DNA of 64,000 bases, taken from the NCBI GenBank assembly GCA_963737655.1, contig CAVTTN010000002.1, forward strand, positions 3,552,001-3,616,000, written 5' to 3'. This document shows positions 54,792-64,000 of the stretch, in pieces. The notes under the pieces were generated by a model, which saw only the letters and a list, made by a program, of their open reading frames with translations, was not told where the DNA came from and did not search any database. The translations under genes and the position numbers were made by a program. The DNA is from an uncultured Planctomycetota bacterium (lineage in GTDB: Bacteria; Planctomycetota; Planctomycetia; Isosphaerales; Isosphaeraceae). The number at the start of each line of letters is the position of its first letter. Position 1 is the stretch's first letter.

Positions 54792-57700
54792 TCAGGGCTG
54801 GGCGACCTTCTCCCCCTTGGCATCGAGCACGCGATAGGTGCCGGGGGCGGTCGGGACGAGGAAGTCCGGGCCGTCGGTGTTCAGCCCGGCCGTGGGCTGG
54901 ATGCCCAGATCGACCCGGTCCATGCCCGAGCCGTCGGTCATCGATCGGCGCTGGAGGGCGCCGTCCCGGCTGAGGAACCAGAGCGCGTCGTCCTTGAGGA
55001 TCGGCGGGCCGAGCGGGGGCGGGTCGCGGAGGTCGACCGACCAGGAGCGTTGACCCTCGGGGCCGAACGACATGACCCCGCCGGCCGCGTCGATCAGGAC
55101 CACGCTGCCGCCCACGGGCGACGGTCCCAGGGCCCGGGGGGCGTCCAGGGGCCAGCTCCCGAGGGGGACGAGGTCCCGCCCCGAGTATGAGTGGACCTTG
55201 CCGTCGGCCGTCGCGATGATGATCGCCTGCTCGGTGGCCGCCGGGTCGGCGATGATCGCACTCCGTAGGTCCACGACCTCGCCGACGATCCCGAGCTTGA
55301 CCCGGGGTTCGGTGATCTTGGCCAGCCGGCGGAGCCGCCCGGTCTCGTCGGCGAGGATGACCGCGTCGTCGCTCAGGCGGATGGGGTCCTTCCACTTCGT
55401 CGGCTTTTCGCGGTCGAACGGCGGGACGTAGGGCTCGGCCTTGCTCTGCCCGGTCCGGGGATCGACGAGGTAGACGCGGCCGTCGAGGCCCGGGGCGAAG
55501 AGGTCCGTCCCCCAGAACAGGGGGGCGGCCCCCAGGGGCGCGGGCAGGTCCACGCGGCGGAAGTCGGCCGTGCCGCTGGTCTCGCGGACGAAGACGTGGT
55601 CCGCGTCGGGCGCGGGCACGACGACCGTGAGCCCGCCGGATTCCAGCCGGCGAATCGGCGTGGGGTCGAAGTAGAGGTAGCCGGGCTTCTCCAGGGGCAT
55701 CTGGACGAAACCGCCCTTGGTCAGGGTCTCCCGGGAAATGGTCAGGAACCGGCCGTCGGCCGACAGGCAGGAGAGGCCGCCGTCGGGCTGGGCCGTCGGG
55801 ACGAGCGGCCAGGCCGCGCCCAGGACGGTCTGCCAGACCACGGCGTCGGCCGCCCGGCGGGCCGAGAAGTTCACGCCCCAGACCGCCACGCCGGGCCGGT
55901 CGAGATAGCTCTGGGTGAGGACGCCGAGACGGTCGGCCGCCTGGATCGGCGCCAGGGCCGTCCCGGCCTTCTCGGCGGTCCAGGCCGGGGCGATCGTTCC
56001 CTGTTCCTGGTTCAGCTCGAACCGTCCGGCCCGGTACGACGCCAGCCAGAGTTCCCGCTCGGTCCGGCAGCGGAGGAAGGCCGGGCCGGAGGGTCGGGCA
56101 TCGGGCACCGTGGCGGCGATCAGGACGAGCGGCTTCTTCGCGTCGGAGCTGAGCGCGAAGGCGGTCAGCGACCCTCGGTCGGTCAGCGACCAGACGACCG
56201 AGCCTTGAGTGGCGGGGGGCTCCAGGTCCAACCCTGGATGGGTACGTCCTGGACCAGCCGGATCGTCGAGCCGAGGCCGCCAACGGGTGCCGGGGGCGCC
56301 GCGGCGCTCCCTTCCTCGGCGGCCGGGGGCTTGGGCGTGTCCAGGACGAACACCGACCATTTGCCGTCGAGCAGGGAGCTATTCTGGGGGACGATCAGGT
56401 AGCGATCGACCCGAACCGGCGCAGGGGATCGAGCCGGGGGAGTGGCCGAGGTATTGCACCGAGGTGCAGGCCATCGTCTCCCGCGAGATCACGAAGACCA
56501 CGTCGCGGTCGGCCGCGATGTAGAGGTGCTCGCCGGATTCGTCGGTGGCGGGCGTCCGGGCGGCCCCTCGGCCGAGGTTGACCGATCCCTTCAACGCGCC
56601 GGTGGAGAGTTCGATCAGGAGGAGCTTGCCGCTGGGCGTCAACTGGGCCACCTGGTTGCCCAGGACCAGCGGCGGGCTGTTGATCGGCTCGTTGGTGGCC
56701 TGCCTCCAGAGCATCTTGCCGGTCCGGCCGTCGTACCGGACGAGCTCGCCGTGGCGGGTGTCATACACGAGGCAGGTCGGTGGGGAGCCGGGCACCGACA
56801 CCGGGGGGAACGGGGCCGAGAGGCCGACTGGCAAGTGCCAGAGAGGCGCGCCGTTGGTCCCGTCCAGGGCGTAGGCCAGGCCCTGGGCCATCGCGTAGAC
56901 CACCGGGCCGTTGGGGGTCGGCGCGGCGGTGGGGTCCTTGCGGAAGACCAGGGACGTCGGCGGACCGAGCGGGTCGGGATGCGGCGAGGTCTCGGCGGGT
57001 CGGCCGCTGGGATCGAACTTCACGTTCTTCTGGATCAGTTCGTTCGCCTGGGTGAGCCGGCTGACGACGTCCTTGTCGGTCGCGAAGTCGCGGAAACGGC
57101 CGACCAGGGCGTCTCTCGTCGCGTAGATCGCGTCGGCGGAGCCGGCCTTGATCGCCGCGTCCATGTCGGCCAGGGCCTTGGTCCGGACCTCCGCCTTCTG
57201 GACCGAGGCGCGGGCCTCCGTGAGCTTCTGGGGCAGGAGCGATCGGCCCCGGAGTGCCAGGGCATTGTTCCCGGCCACCTTGTCGTGGAGGACGACGGCG
57301 GCCTCCATCTCGCTCATCATCGTCTTGGCGTCGTCCAGGGCGTAGCGATCGGCCGAAACCTTGGCCCGCTCGGCCAGGCCGACCGCCGTCTTCAGGACGA
57401 GCTCGGCGAGGTTGGCCGCGTCGGTCTCATACGCCTCCCCCTCGTTGCCGACCTTCTTGAGCATCTCCTTCTCGGCGGTCAGCGCGGCGGTCCAGTTCGG
57501 CGTGCCGGAGACGTGCTGTTCCACGTTGCACAGGGCCCGGCGGACCCTGGCCTTGCTCGCTCGGGCCTCGTGGGGGAAGGAGTCGAGGAACAGGTCGTAG
57601 TCGCGGAGGGCCGTCACCCAACTCTTGTTGGTGAAACTCTCGTTGGCCGTCATGTACATCCGGTCGGCCGTGGTCCGGCGGATCACGGTGAACAGGCTGA

Positions 57701-58283
57701 TCCCGATCGCGATGAGCGCGACCAGCGCCACGGCCAGCGCGAGGACCAGGGGCGAGCTGGCGATCTTCTCCTCGCCGGGCCTCTGGTCCTTGGCGAGCAG
57801 GACGTTGATGAACTTCTTGATCGGGCCGGGCGGCCTGGGCGGCAGGACCGGGGCGGTGGGCTTGCCCGTCGGCCCGCCGAGGGTGGCGGCCGAGGTCCCC
57901 TTGGCGGATGCCGCCGAGGGACGCCCCGCCGCCGCCTTCGCGGCCTTGGACTGGGCCTGCTCCCGGGTCTTGTCCGGGTCGGCCGGGCCGTCGTCGGCGT
58001 TGGCGAGGAAGATCCGGTACTGGCCGACCCGGATCTCGTCGCCGTCGCCGAAGCTGGCGGCCACGACCTTCTTGCCGTTGAGCACCAGGGCGTTGGCCTC
58101 GGGGAACGCCTCGGCCTTGAATTTCCCGCCCTTCCACCGCAGGCGGCCGTGGAACGGCAGGGCCTGCGGGTCGTCCACCACGACGTCGCACTTCGGGTCC
58201 GAGCCGAACAGGGCCGTGTGGTCCCGAGAGATCGTCACGTACTCGACTCGGCCTTGGCCGTCATGAACTTCTAGGGTCGCCAT
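54792..58283 (-). CDS. FHA-like / TM / TPR / PQQ-like beta-propeller protein (frameshifts about 56240-56420)
   Basis: N-terminal FHA-like region (LFGSDPKCDVV...LVLNGK...GDEIRVG), one TM segment, a TPR-like region, and repeated propeller motifs (YALDGTNGAPLW, RYDGRTGKMLW, YLVDPRTG) across two ORFs. Confidence 0.75.
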
Positions 58284-58397
58284 GCTCGGGAGGACGCTCT
58301 CGGGTGACGGGTCGTGGTGTGGGCTCTCTCGGTCGCGGACTTCGGGCGGAATGCGACGGGCTGCCGGCCGCTCCGAGAACGGCCGGCGGGGGACGGC

Positions 58398-59405
58398 CTA
58401 CCTCGACAGCATCTCCTGGCCGACGACGCTGAACGTGTAGCCGGAGCCGCTGGGGACGACGCGGAACTGGGTCCGGCGGATCTCGGCCGGCACCTTGCCC
58501 TTGTACTTGTATTCGAGCTGCGCGAGCTGCTCCTCGACGGCCGCCGGGTAGATCGTGAGGATCAGGTTGCCGACGTTCAGCCCGGCCTGCTTCAAAAGGG
58601 CGATGTCATTGGCCTTTCTCGCCCCGCCGGACCAGGTGAAGTACAGCCGCTTCTCCGCGTTGAACTTGCTGACCAGGACGACTCGCTTGATCGGGTCGCC
58701 GGTGAAGTTGGTCACGAGCGTCAGGGCGTTGCCGCCGGCCGGGACGGCGAGCTCGACGTTCAGGGCATCAAGCTGGCGGGCGTACTCGCCGGCCGCCTGG
58801 CCGGGCGGGTAGGTGATGACCCATCGGAGCTCGCGAGAGACGCCCGTCCCGCCACTCCCACTGCCTCGGCCGAGCATGGTGTTGCCGGTGGACGAGGAGG
58901 GAACGCCGCTGGACACCGCCGAGTTGCTGCGGACCGGCGAGGAGCTCGTCTCTGCGCCTTCGCCCAGGTCGGCGTCGGCCGATTCGGCCATGGCGTCGAT
59001 CGCCGCGGAGCTGGTGGCCTGGACGCTCGGCTCCTCGAAGTCGCTGGAATCCTCGAACGGCGTGGCGCTGGAGGCCGGGCCGGTTTGCGGGGCGCCGTTG
59101 CTGAGGTCGAGCTGGCCGGCGGCATCGTCTCCGCCTCCGCCTCCCAGGTCCTCGCCGTTGCCGTAGACCTCGACCAGCTCCACCTTGGCCGGCACCGGGG
59201 CGGCGTAGCCCTGATTCATGAAGTTGATCAGCCAGAGCCAGCCGACGATGAACGAGGCCCCGAGGACCAGCGACATCAGCATCGAAGTGATGCGATCGTA
59301 GGCCGATTCGCCGTGGATCAGCGGTTCCAGGCTGTTGACGGATTCGGCCGAGGGGCCGGCGGGCGTCTTGGGGGTCGCGTCGTCGGTGTCGTGGTTGAGG
59401 TCCAT
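58398..59405 (-). CDS. single-TM hypothetical protein with acidic low-complexity linker
   Basis: TM segment MLMSLVLGASFIVGWLWLI, D/E/S/G-rich linker and a globular C-terminus. GGAGG RBS. Confidence 0.7.
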   Translation of the reverse strand: MDLNHDTDDATPKTPAGPSAESVNSLEPLIHGESAYDRITSMLMSLVLGASFIVGWLWLINFMNQGYAAPVPAKVELVEVYGNGEDLGGGGGDDAAGQLDLSNGAPQTGPASSATPFEDSSDFEEPSVQATSSAAIDAMAESADADLGEGAETSSSPVRSNSAVSSGVPSSSTGNTMLGRGSGSGGTGVSRELRWVITYPPGQAAGEYARQLDALNVELAVPAGGNALTLVTNFTGDPIKRVVLVSKFNAEKRLYFTWSGGARKANDIALLKQAGLNVGNLILTIYPAAVEEQLAQLEYKYKGKVPAEIRRTQFRVVPSGSGYTFSVVGQEMLSR

Positions 59406-59466
59406 GTCACGGTCCTCCGGGGACGAACGGTCCGAACGTGTCTCGGTCTCGGTCTCGGTCTCGATA

Positions 59467-61152
59467 TCAGTTCTGGCCGGGGGTGGCCGCGGGGGCGGCG
59501 GGGGCCGCCGGGGTGCCGGGCTTTTCCAGGACGAGGTCGGGGGCGTCGAGGTCCGGCGGCTTGACCGTCTCGAACCACTGCTGCCACCGCTTGGCGGCGG
59601 CCAGGCGCTCGGCGGCGTTCGCCCCGGGGGCCGGTCCGAATCCTTCGAGCTTCCGGCTGAGCACTTCCAGGCCGACTCTAGCGGCGGTCACCACGCCGTC
59701 GTCCGAGTCCAGCAGCGCCTTGATGAGGACCGGCGCGGCGTCCAGGTCGGCCATCCGGCCCAGGCCCCACGCGGCGACGACTCGCTGGTCGCCGTTGGGC
59801 TCGGAGAGCATCTTGCGGAAGCGGTCCTTGTACGGCCGGAGGATCTTCGGGCCTTCCTTCTGGAACTTCTCTTCCAGGCCGGCGATGGCCGAGTCGGAGT
59901 TCTTGACGTCATTCAGGGCGGCGAGCATCCCGTCGATCGCGCCTCCCATCGGCTTGACCGAGACGCGGCCCCCGGGGCCGATCTGCACGTTCTCCAGGTT
60001 CGCGGGGAGCTTGCGGTTGCCGACCTGGGTGCCGGCGGCGAGCTTGCGGAGGTCGATCTTCTTGACCGAGATGGTCGTCGCCTTCACGCCGAAGAGGACG
60101 GCCCAGCAGGTGTTGGGCACCTGGTTATGCTGGGCGTTCCACGAGCCGTCGCCCCCCTGGTTGGAGAGGACGAACTGCATCCCCCGGCCGTACCAGTCCA
60201 TCGCCCCCATCACCTTGTCATTGCGGGAGAGGGCGACCATGCGCTCCATCCCGTAGAGGGCGTAGTACGGCGACTGACCCATGATCGGGTCCTTGCTGAT
60301 CTGGAACGACCGTTGGAGCCAGCCGATCCCGCGGTCGATCCCGCTATTGATCGAGGCGGCGGCGGTCTCGACCTTGTATCTCGAGACCAGGGGCTCGCCG
60401 TTGGTGTCCACCGGCGTCATCAGCGGGTTCATGAGGTCCTGGCCCTTGCGATGCTTGGCCAGGAGTCCTTGACAGAGGTAGAGGCTGCCGACGCCCGCGG
60501 CGCTCATGGAGATGGTCTCGGGCCACTGGGTCTCGTCCCGGTGGTAATTCCAGCTCCCGCCGGAGGTCTGGACGCTCAGGAACCAGCTCGCGGCGCGGTC
60601 CCACACGCGGGGAGGGATCAGGACGCCGGCGCCGTCGGCCTCCCAGAGCCCGAGCAGGGCGTACTGGCTCATCGAGGTGTCGCCGGCCGTCCGGTGCGAA
60701 TAATCCCAGCCGCCGTTGCCGAGCTGGCTGTTGATCAGGTAGTTAGCGACGGCCTCGATCTGCGGCTTGTAGCCGATGTAATCGATGTTCGCCAGGGCGA
60801 TCAGGGTGACGGCGGCCTCGTACTTGTTGGCGCCGTCCTTCATCTGAGGGGTGTACCGGTTGTCCTGGCCGAAGCACTCGCCGATCTTGGCGAGGCAGGC
60901 GACCAGGGCCGGGTCATTGACCGGGACTTCCGCCTTGTACAGGGTCAGGGCGGTGAAGGCGGCCTCGCCGGTCTCCATCTCGCCGATCTTCGACTTGAGA
61001 TAGTTCAGGCCGTTCTGCACCGTCGGCGACGACGAGGGCAGGGCGCCGGGGATCACGATGTGGCCCTTTTCCTGATACGGGGGCCCCGCCATCGCTTGAG
61101 ACCCGACGGCCAGGACGGCCGCCGTGGCGGCCAGGCTGAGGAAGCGTCTCAT
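59467..61152 (-). CDS. secreted prenyltransferase/squalene-cyclase-repeat protein with HEAT repeats
   Basis: QW-like repeats SQLGNGGWDY, VQTSGGSWNY and NQGGDGSW, then DTSMSQYALLGL, and HEAT segment AAWGLGR...PVLIKALLD. Confidence 0.8.
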   Translation of the reverse strand: MRRFLSLAATAAVLAVGSQAMAGPPYQEKGHIVIPGALPSSSPTVQNGLNYLKSKIGEMETGEAAFTALTLYKAEVPVNDPALVACLAKIGECFGQDNRYTPQMKDGANKYEAAVTLIALANIDYIGYKPQIEAVANYLINSQLGNGGWDYSHRTAGDTSMSQYALLGLWEADGAGVLIPPRVWDRAASWFLSVQTSGGSWNYHRDETQWPETISMSAAGVGSLYLCQGLLAKHRKGQDLMNPLMTPVDTNGEPLVSRYKVETAAASINSGIDRGIGWLQRSFQISKDPIMGQSPYYALYGMERMVALSRNDKVMGAMDWYGRGMQFVLSNQGGDGSWNAQHNQVPNTCWAVLFGVKATTISVKKIDLRKLAAGTQVGNRKLPANLENVQIGPGGRVSVKPMGGAIDGMLAALNDVKNSDSAIAGLEEKFQKEGPKILRPYKDRFRKMLSEPNGDQRVVAAWGLGRMADLDAAPVLIKALLDSDDGVVTAARVGLEVLSRKLEGFGPAPGANAAERLAAAKRWQQWFETVKPPDLDAPDLVLEKPGTPAAPAAPAATPGQN

Positions 61153-61272
61153 GGGTCGAAGACCTTCAAGAGGTGAGGGGGCGAACGCCCATCCGTCAAG
61201 AATTCTATCCGAGCGGTCTCCCCGACGCGAGAGCATGCAAGCGAGAAAGCGCGAATTCTCCGTCGAACGGGT

Positions 61273-62094
61273 TCACTTTCGGAGCGGACGGACCTCAAAC
61301 TTGCGGAAGACGATCTCCGCGCCCTCGGACTGGAGGAGGATCTTGCCCTCGGTCACGCTGGCCTTGGTGCCGACGTTCACGACCAGGCCGTTGACGAGGT
61401 TAGTGATCGAATCGCCGTCGCAGACGACCTCCATCCGGTTCCACTGGCCGACGGGATTCTCCACGTCATTCTTGCCGCGAAACCCGAGGACGTCCATCCA
61501 TTGCGGGTCCCGGCCCCACCAGTTGAACCGGCCAGAATCACGGGTCTGGGCCATCCCGCCTTTCTCGTAATAGGGCTGGCCGTCGGGCCCGGGGCGGACC
61601 TCGCAGGTCAGCTTCGGCCGGGTCCGGCCGCCGACCATCAGGAGGTCGCCGCAACCCCCCTCGATGATCTGGCACTCGATCGACTCGTACCAGCCGTTGC
61701 CGGCGGCGCCGTCGGCCCCGACTCCGTGGAGGAGGATGCCGGAATCGCGGGCGTTCTTCTCGCGAGGGGGCCAGGTCTTGCCGCCCCATCGCCACTCGAC
61801 GACGAGGTGATAGTCCCGGAAGTTGCCGCAGGTGGAGAGCCCGCCGAATTCCTCGCCGGAGAGGACGATCTGGCCGTCCCGGACGGCGATGACCCCCCGG
61901 GGATCGGCGTAGCCGTGGTCCCGAGTGAAGCGGTAGAAGCCCGTGAGGTCCTTGCCGTTGAAGGCGAAGATCGGCTCGCCCGAGGCGATCTTCGGGACGT
62001 CGCGGGCGAACGCGGGGACCTCGGGCCCGTCGGGAGGACGGGCGGGCGTCAGGGCGATCAGGACGACGAGCCAGGGGGGGACGCGGGTCGGCAT
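61273..62094 (-). CDS. DUF1080 (3-keto-disaccharide hydrolase) protein
   Basis: FNGKDLTGF, YHLVVEWRW, RDSGILLH, IECQI, GQWNRMEV and GKILLQSEG. Confidence 0.88.
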   Translation of the reverse strand: MPTRVPPWLVVLIALTPARPPDGPEVPAFARDVPKIASGEPIFAFNGKDLTGFYRFTRDHGYADPRGVIAVRDGQIVLSGEEFGGLSTCGNFRDYHLVVEWRWGGKTWPPREKNARDSGILLHGVGADGAAGNGWYESIECQIIEGGCGDLLMVGGRTRPKLTCEVRPGPDGQPYYEKGGMAQTRDSGRFNWWGRDPQWMDVLGFRGKNDVENPVGQWNRMEVVCDGDSITNLVNGLVVNVGTKASVTEGKILLQSEGAEIVFRKFEVRPLRK

Positions 62095-62137
62095 CGCGAG
62101 CGGCCTCGGGGCGGTCGGCTCCGCCCGGACGATCGGG

Positions 62138-62422
62138 TCAACGCCTCAAAATCTGGTAGTTCGCCCCTTGAGACTTGCAGAGTGCCTCGACCTTCGACAG
62201 GAGACCGTCCTCGGGACAGGCGATCGAGAGGACCATCCCCTGACCGCCCTCGATCCGGTCCGGAGGGGTGATCCCCAGTTGATTGTTGGGGATTCCCAAA
62301 GCCGTGAGGAACTGGATGGCCGAGTTCCCCTGGGCCGAGTTGGGGAAGAACGCGACCACTCGCGGCGAGGTGGGGGCGTCGGAGGGCTTGACCTTGCCGG
62401 GGCGGATCTGCGGGACTTCCAT
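62138..62422 (-). CDS. small hypothetical protein
   Basis: 94 aa with non-shadow amino-acid composition and a GGAGAG upstream. VVAFF...AIQFL..LGI pattern. Confidence 0.6.
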   Translation of the reverse strand: MEVPQIRPGKVKPSDAPTSPRVVAFFPNSAQGNSAIQFLTALGIPNNQLGITPPDRIEGGQGMVLSIACPEDGLLSKVEALCKSQGANYQILRR

Positions 62423-62527
62423 CGGGGAGGCTCTCCGTCAAGTCGAGGACGCGGTCGGGTCCGCGCGTCTCCCCAGAGTGTGCCCGATCCGAGGCCGAGC
62501 CGCAATCCCGCAGGTTTCGCGAAATGC

Positions 62528-62642
62528 CTTCTGCCCGGCAGGGGGTGTCGCTCCCGAATCTGGAGTTTTTTCGGGTGCCCCCGGTTCTCGAACCGGGGGC
62601 ACCCCAGAAATTCCAGATTCCAGAGCTATACCCCCCGGCAGG
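62528..62642. repeat. long imperfect inverted repeat
   Basis: Core GGGTGCCCCCGGTT-CTCG-AACCGGGGGCACCC, extended by GAATCTGGAG/TTCCAGATTC and GGGGGTGTCGCTC/GAGCTATACCCCC. Confidence 0.65.
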
Positions 62643-62680
62643 ACGGATCGAACCGGGGGCCTCTCGGCCTCCCTGACGCC

Positions 62681-64000
62681 TCAGAGTCGGGGAGAAACCG
62701 GCACCAACGCGGCCTGGAGGACTTCCTTCGTCCCCTCGTCCTGGACGAACGCGACGACCGAGAACATTTTCAAATCGACCGTGGGCTCGGGAAGCTTGCC
62801 CCCGGCATTGGCGGGATCGGCCAGATACGCCTGGATCCCCTTGCGGATCTCGGCGCGAGTCAGGGAAACATCCACCGAGCCGCGTCCTTCGCTCAGGGGC
62901 GTCCCGGCTGCGCCCCCCGGCATGGCGCGGACCACGCGGCGGTGGAGCCGGAGCCGGTTGTTGCCGACGTACCGCACCTCCTCCTCGACCACGGCGAGAC
63001 GGAGCCGGAGCTCGGAGCCGGAACCGGGCTCGGTGGCCCGGGCGGTGGCGACGATGTGGATGATGTCCGAGTCGAGGGTCGCCTTCAGGTCGATCGAGGC
63101 CCCGGCCTTGCTCTGGATCTCCGGCTCGACGGCCGCGCGGATCGCCTGGTAGCGGGTTTCCGAGAGGCCGAGAGGACCGCCGAGCCCGGGGACGATCCGG
63201 CCATCGACGAAGAGCGACGGGCAGCCCTCGAACTCGGGATAGAAGTCCTTGCGGGCGGCCGATTCGCGGCAGATCAAGGGGTCGGAGCCGAGCATCGGCG
63301 AGTGATATTGCAGGGCGATGACCTCGCCCGCCCCGTGGGACTTCAACAGGGCGTCGAACGCGGCCTCGGCGGCGACCGTCCCGCCTCCCTGGGTGCTCGT
63401 GAACAACTCGACGAGCGCCACACGGTCGGCGCCCGCGGCTTTCCGGCCGGAGGACGGCCTCGGCACGAACGGAGGCACGTTTTGCCGAGCGTAGTCGTCG
63501 AGTTCGGCGTCGAGTTGGTCGGCCTTCTCGCCCGCGGAATGGGCCAGATCGGTCTTGCCGGTCAGGCGAGCGGCCTCGGCCAGCCCTCGGGCCACGGTGG
63601 CACGGGTTTCGAGGGGGGCGTCGGCCGGCATGGCGGTTTCGGCGTCCTGGGCGATCTCCAGGGCCATCGCGGCGAACGCCCTCTGGCTGGAAAGCGCATG
63701 GACGACCCGGCCTCGGACTTCCGCCTCATACTCCGGGCCGAACGGCTTCGCGGTGCCGAGCCAGGCATCGGCCTTCGCACGAACCTCTTCCGGCTTCAGC
63801 CCCGCGCTCGTGGCATTCTTGAGGATCTCGCCGAACACCGAGTCGGCCGTCGGCTCGGCCCCGAGCTCGTCCTGGAGGGCCGACAGCTTCTCGACCCTCG
63901 TCCTCGGGGACGTCTGCTTCATGGCGGCCATGAAGCTGAGGATTCGCGAGCGATCGGTCGAGGCGCGGAGCTTCTTCTCGTCGGACCGTTCCATGACGGC
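62681..64000 (-). CDS. helical-repeat + thioredoxin-like (DUF1223-like) protein, 5' truncated by the window edge
   Basis: VALVELFTSTQGGGT, IALQYH, SDPL, PSLFVDG and VVAFVQD...EVLQA. Confidence 0.7.
   Translation of the reverse strand, partial: AVMERSDEKKLRASTDRSRILSFMAAMKQTSPRTRVEKLSALQDELGAEPTADSVFGEILKNATSAGLKPEEVRAKADAWLGTAKPFGPEYEAEVRGRVVHALSSQRAFAAMALEIAQDAETAMPADAPLETRATVARGLAEAARLTGKTDLAHSAGEKADQLDAELDDYARQNVPPFVPRPSSGRKAAGADRVALVELFTSTQGGGTVAAEAAFDALLKSHGAGEVIALQYHSPMLGSDPLICRESAARKDFYPEFEGCPSLFVDGRIVPGLGGPLGLSETRYQAIRAAVEPEIQSKAGASIDLKATLDSDIIHIVATARATEPGSGSELRLRLAVVEEEVRYVGNNRLRLHRRVVRAMPGGAAGTPLSEGRGSVDVSLTRAEIRKGIQAYLADPANAGGKLPEPTVDLKMFSVVAFVQDEGTKEVLQAALVPVSPRL

Noticed and set aside
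59467..61152. Squalene-hopene cyclase or terpene biosynthetic cluster
   Set aside because: The protein has a signal peptide, a single barrel, no DxDD motif and no isoprenoid genes nearby.

Overview
High-GC bacterial DNA whose gene content (DUF1559 prepilin-like, two DUF1549/DUF1553 + DUF1501 pairs, LEPR-XLL secreted proteins, DUF4058, DUF1080) points to a Planctomycetota genome, probably Isosphaeraceae-like. About 45 CDSs are present. Housekeeping genes include metF, queG, leuS, sucC, sucD and pyrR-pyrB-pyrC. There is also an NSAR/OSBS-M20-GNAT trio and a five-gene uncharacterised envelope operon. The standout feature is invisible in the ORF track: a tRNA gene with a CAU anticodon (probably tRNA-Ile2) split right after the anticodon by a 258-nt group I intron (21898-22155) with a complete catalytic core. 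Other notable signals are six inverted doublets of a GTAG-type REP family that supply the stop codons of six adjacent genes, a candidate HEPN two-gene module, stacked Fur-like boxes over the DUF1559 promoter, and a split sucC/sucD operon. At least nine genes, including essential leuS, have apparent single-base deletions, mostly in G/C runs, that are most likely sequencing errors. All family assignments are by motif recognition only; no database searches were run.
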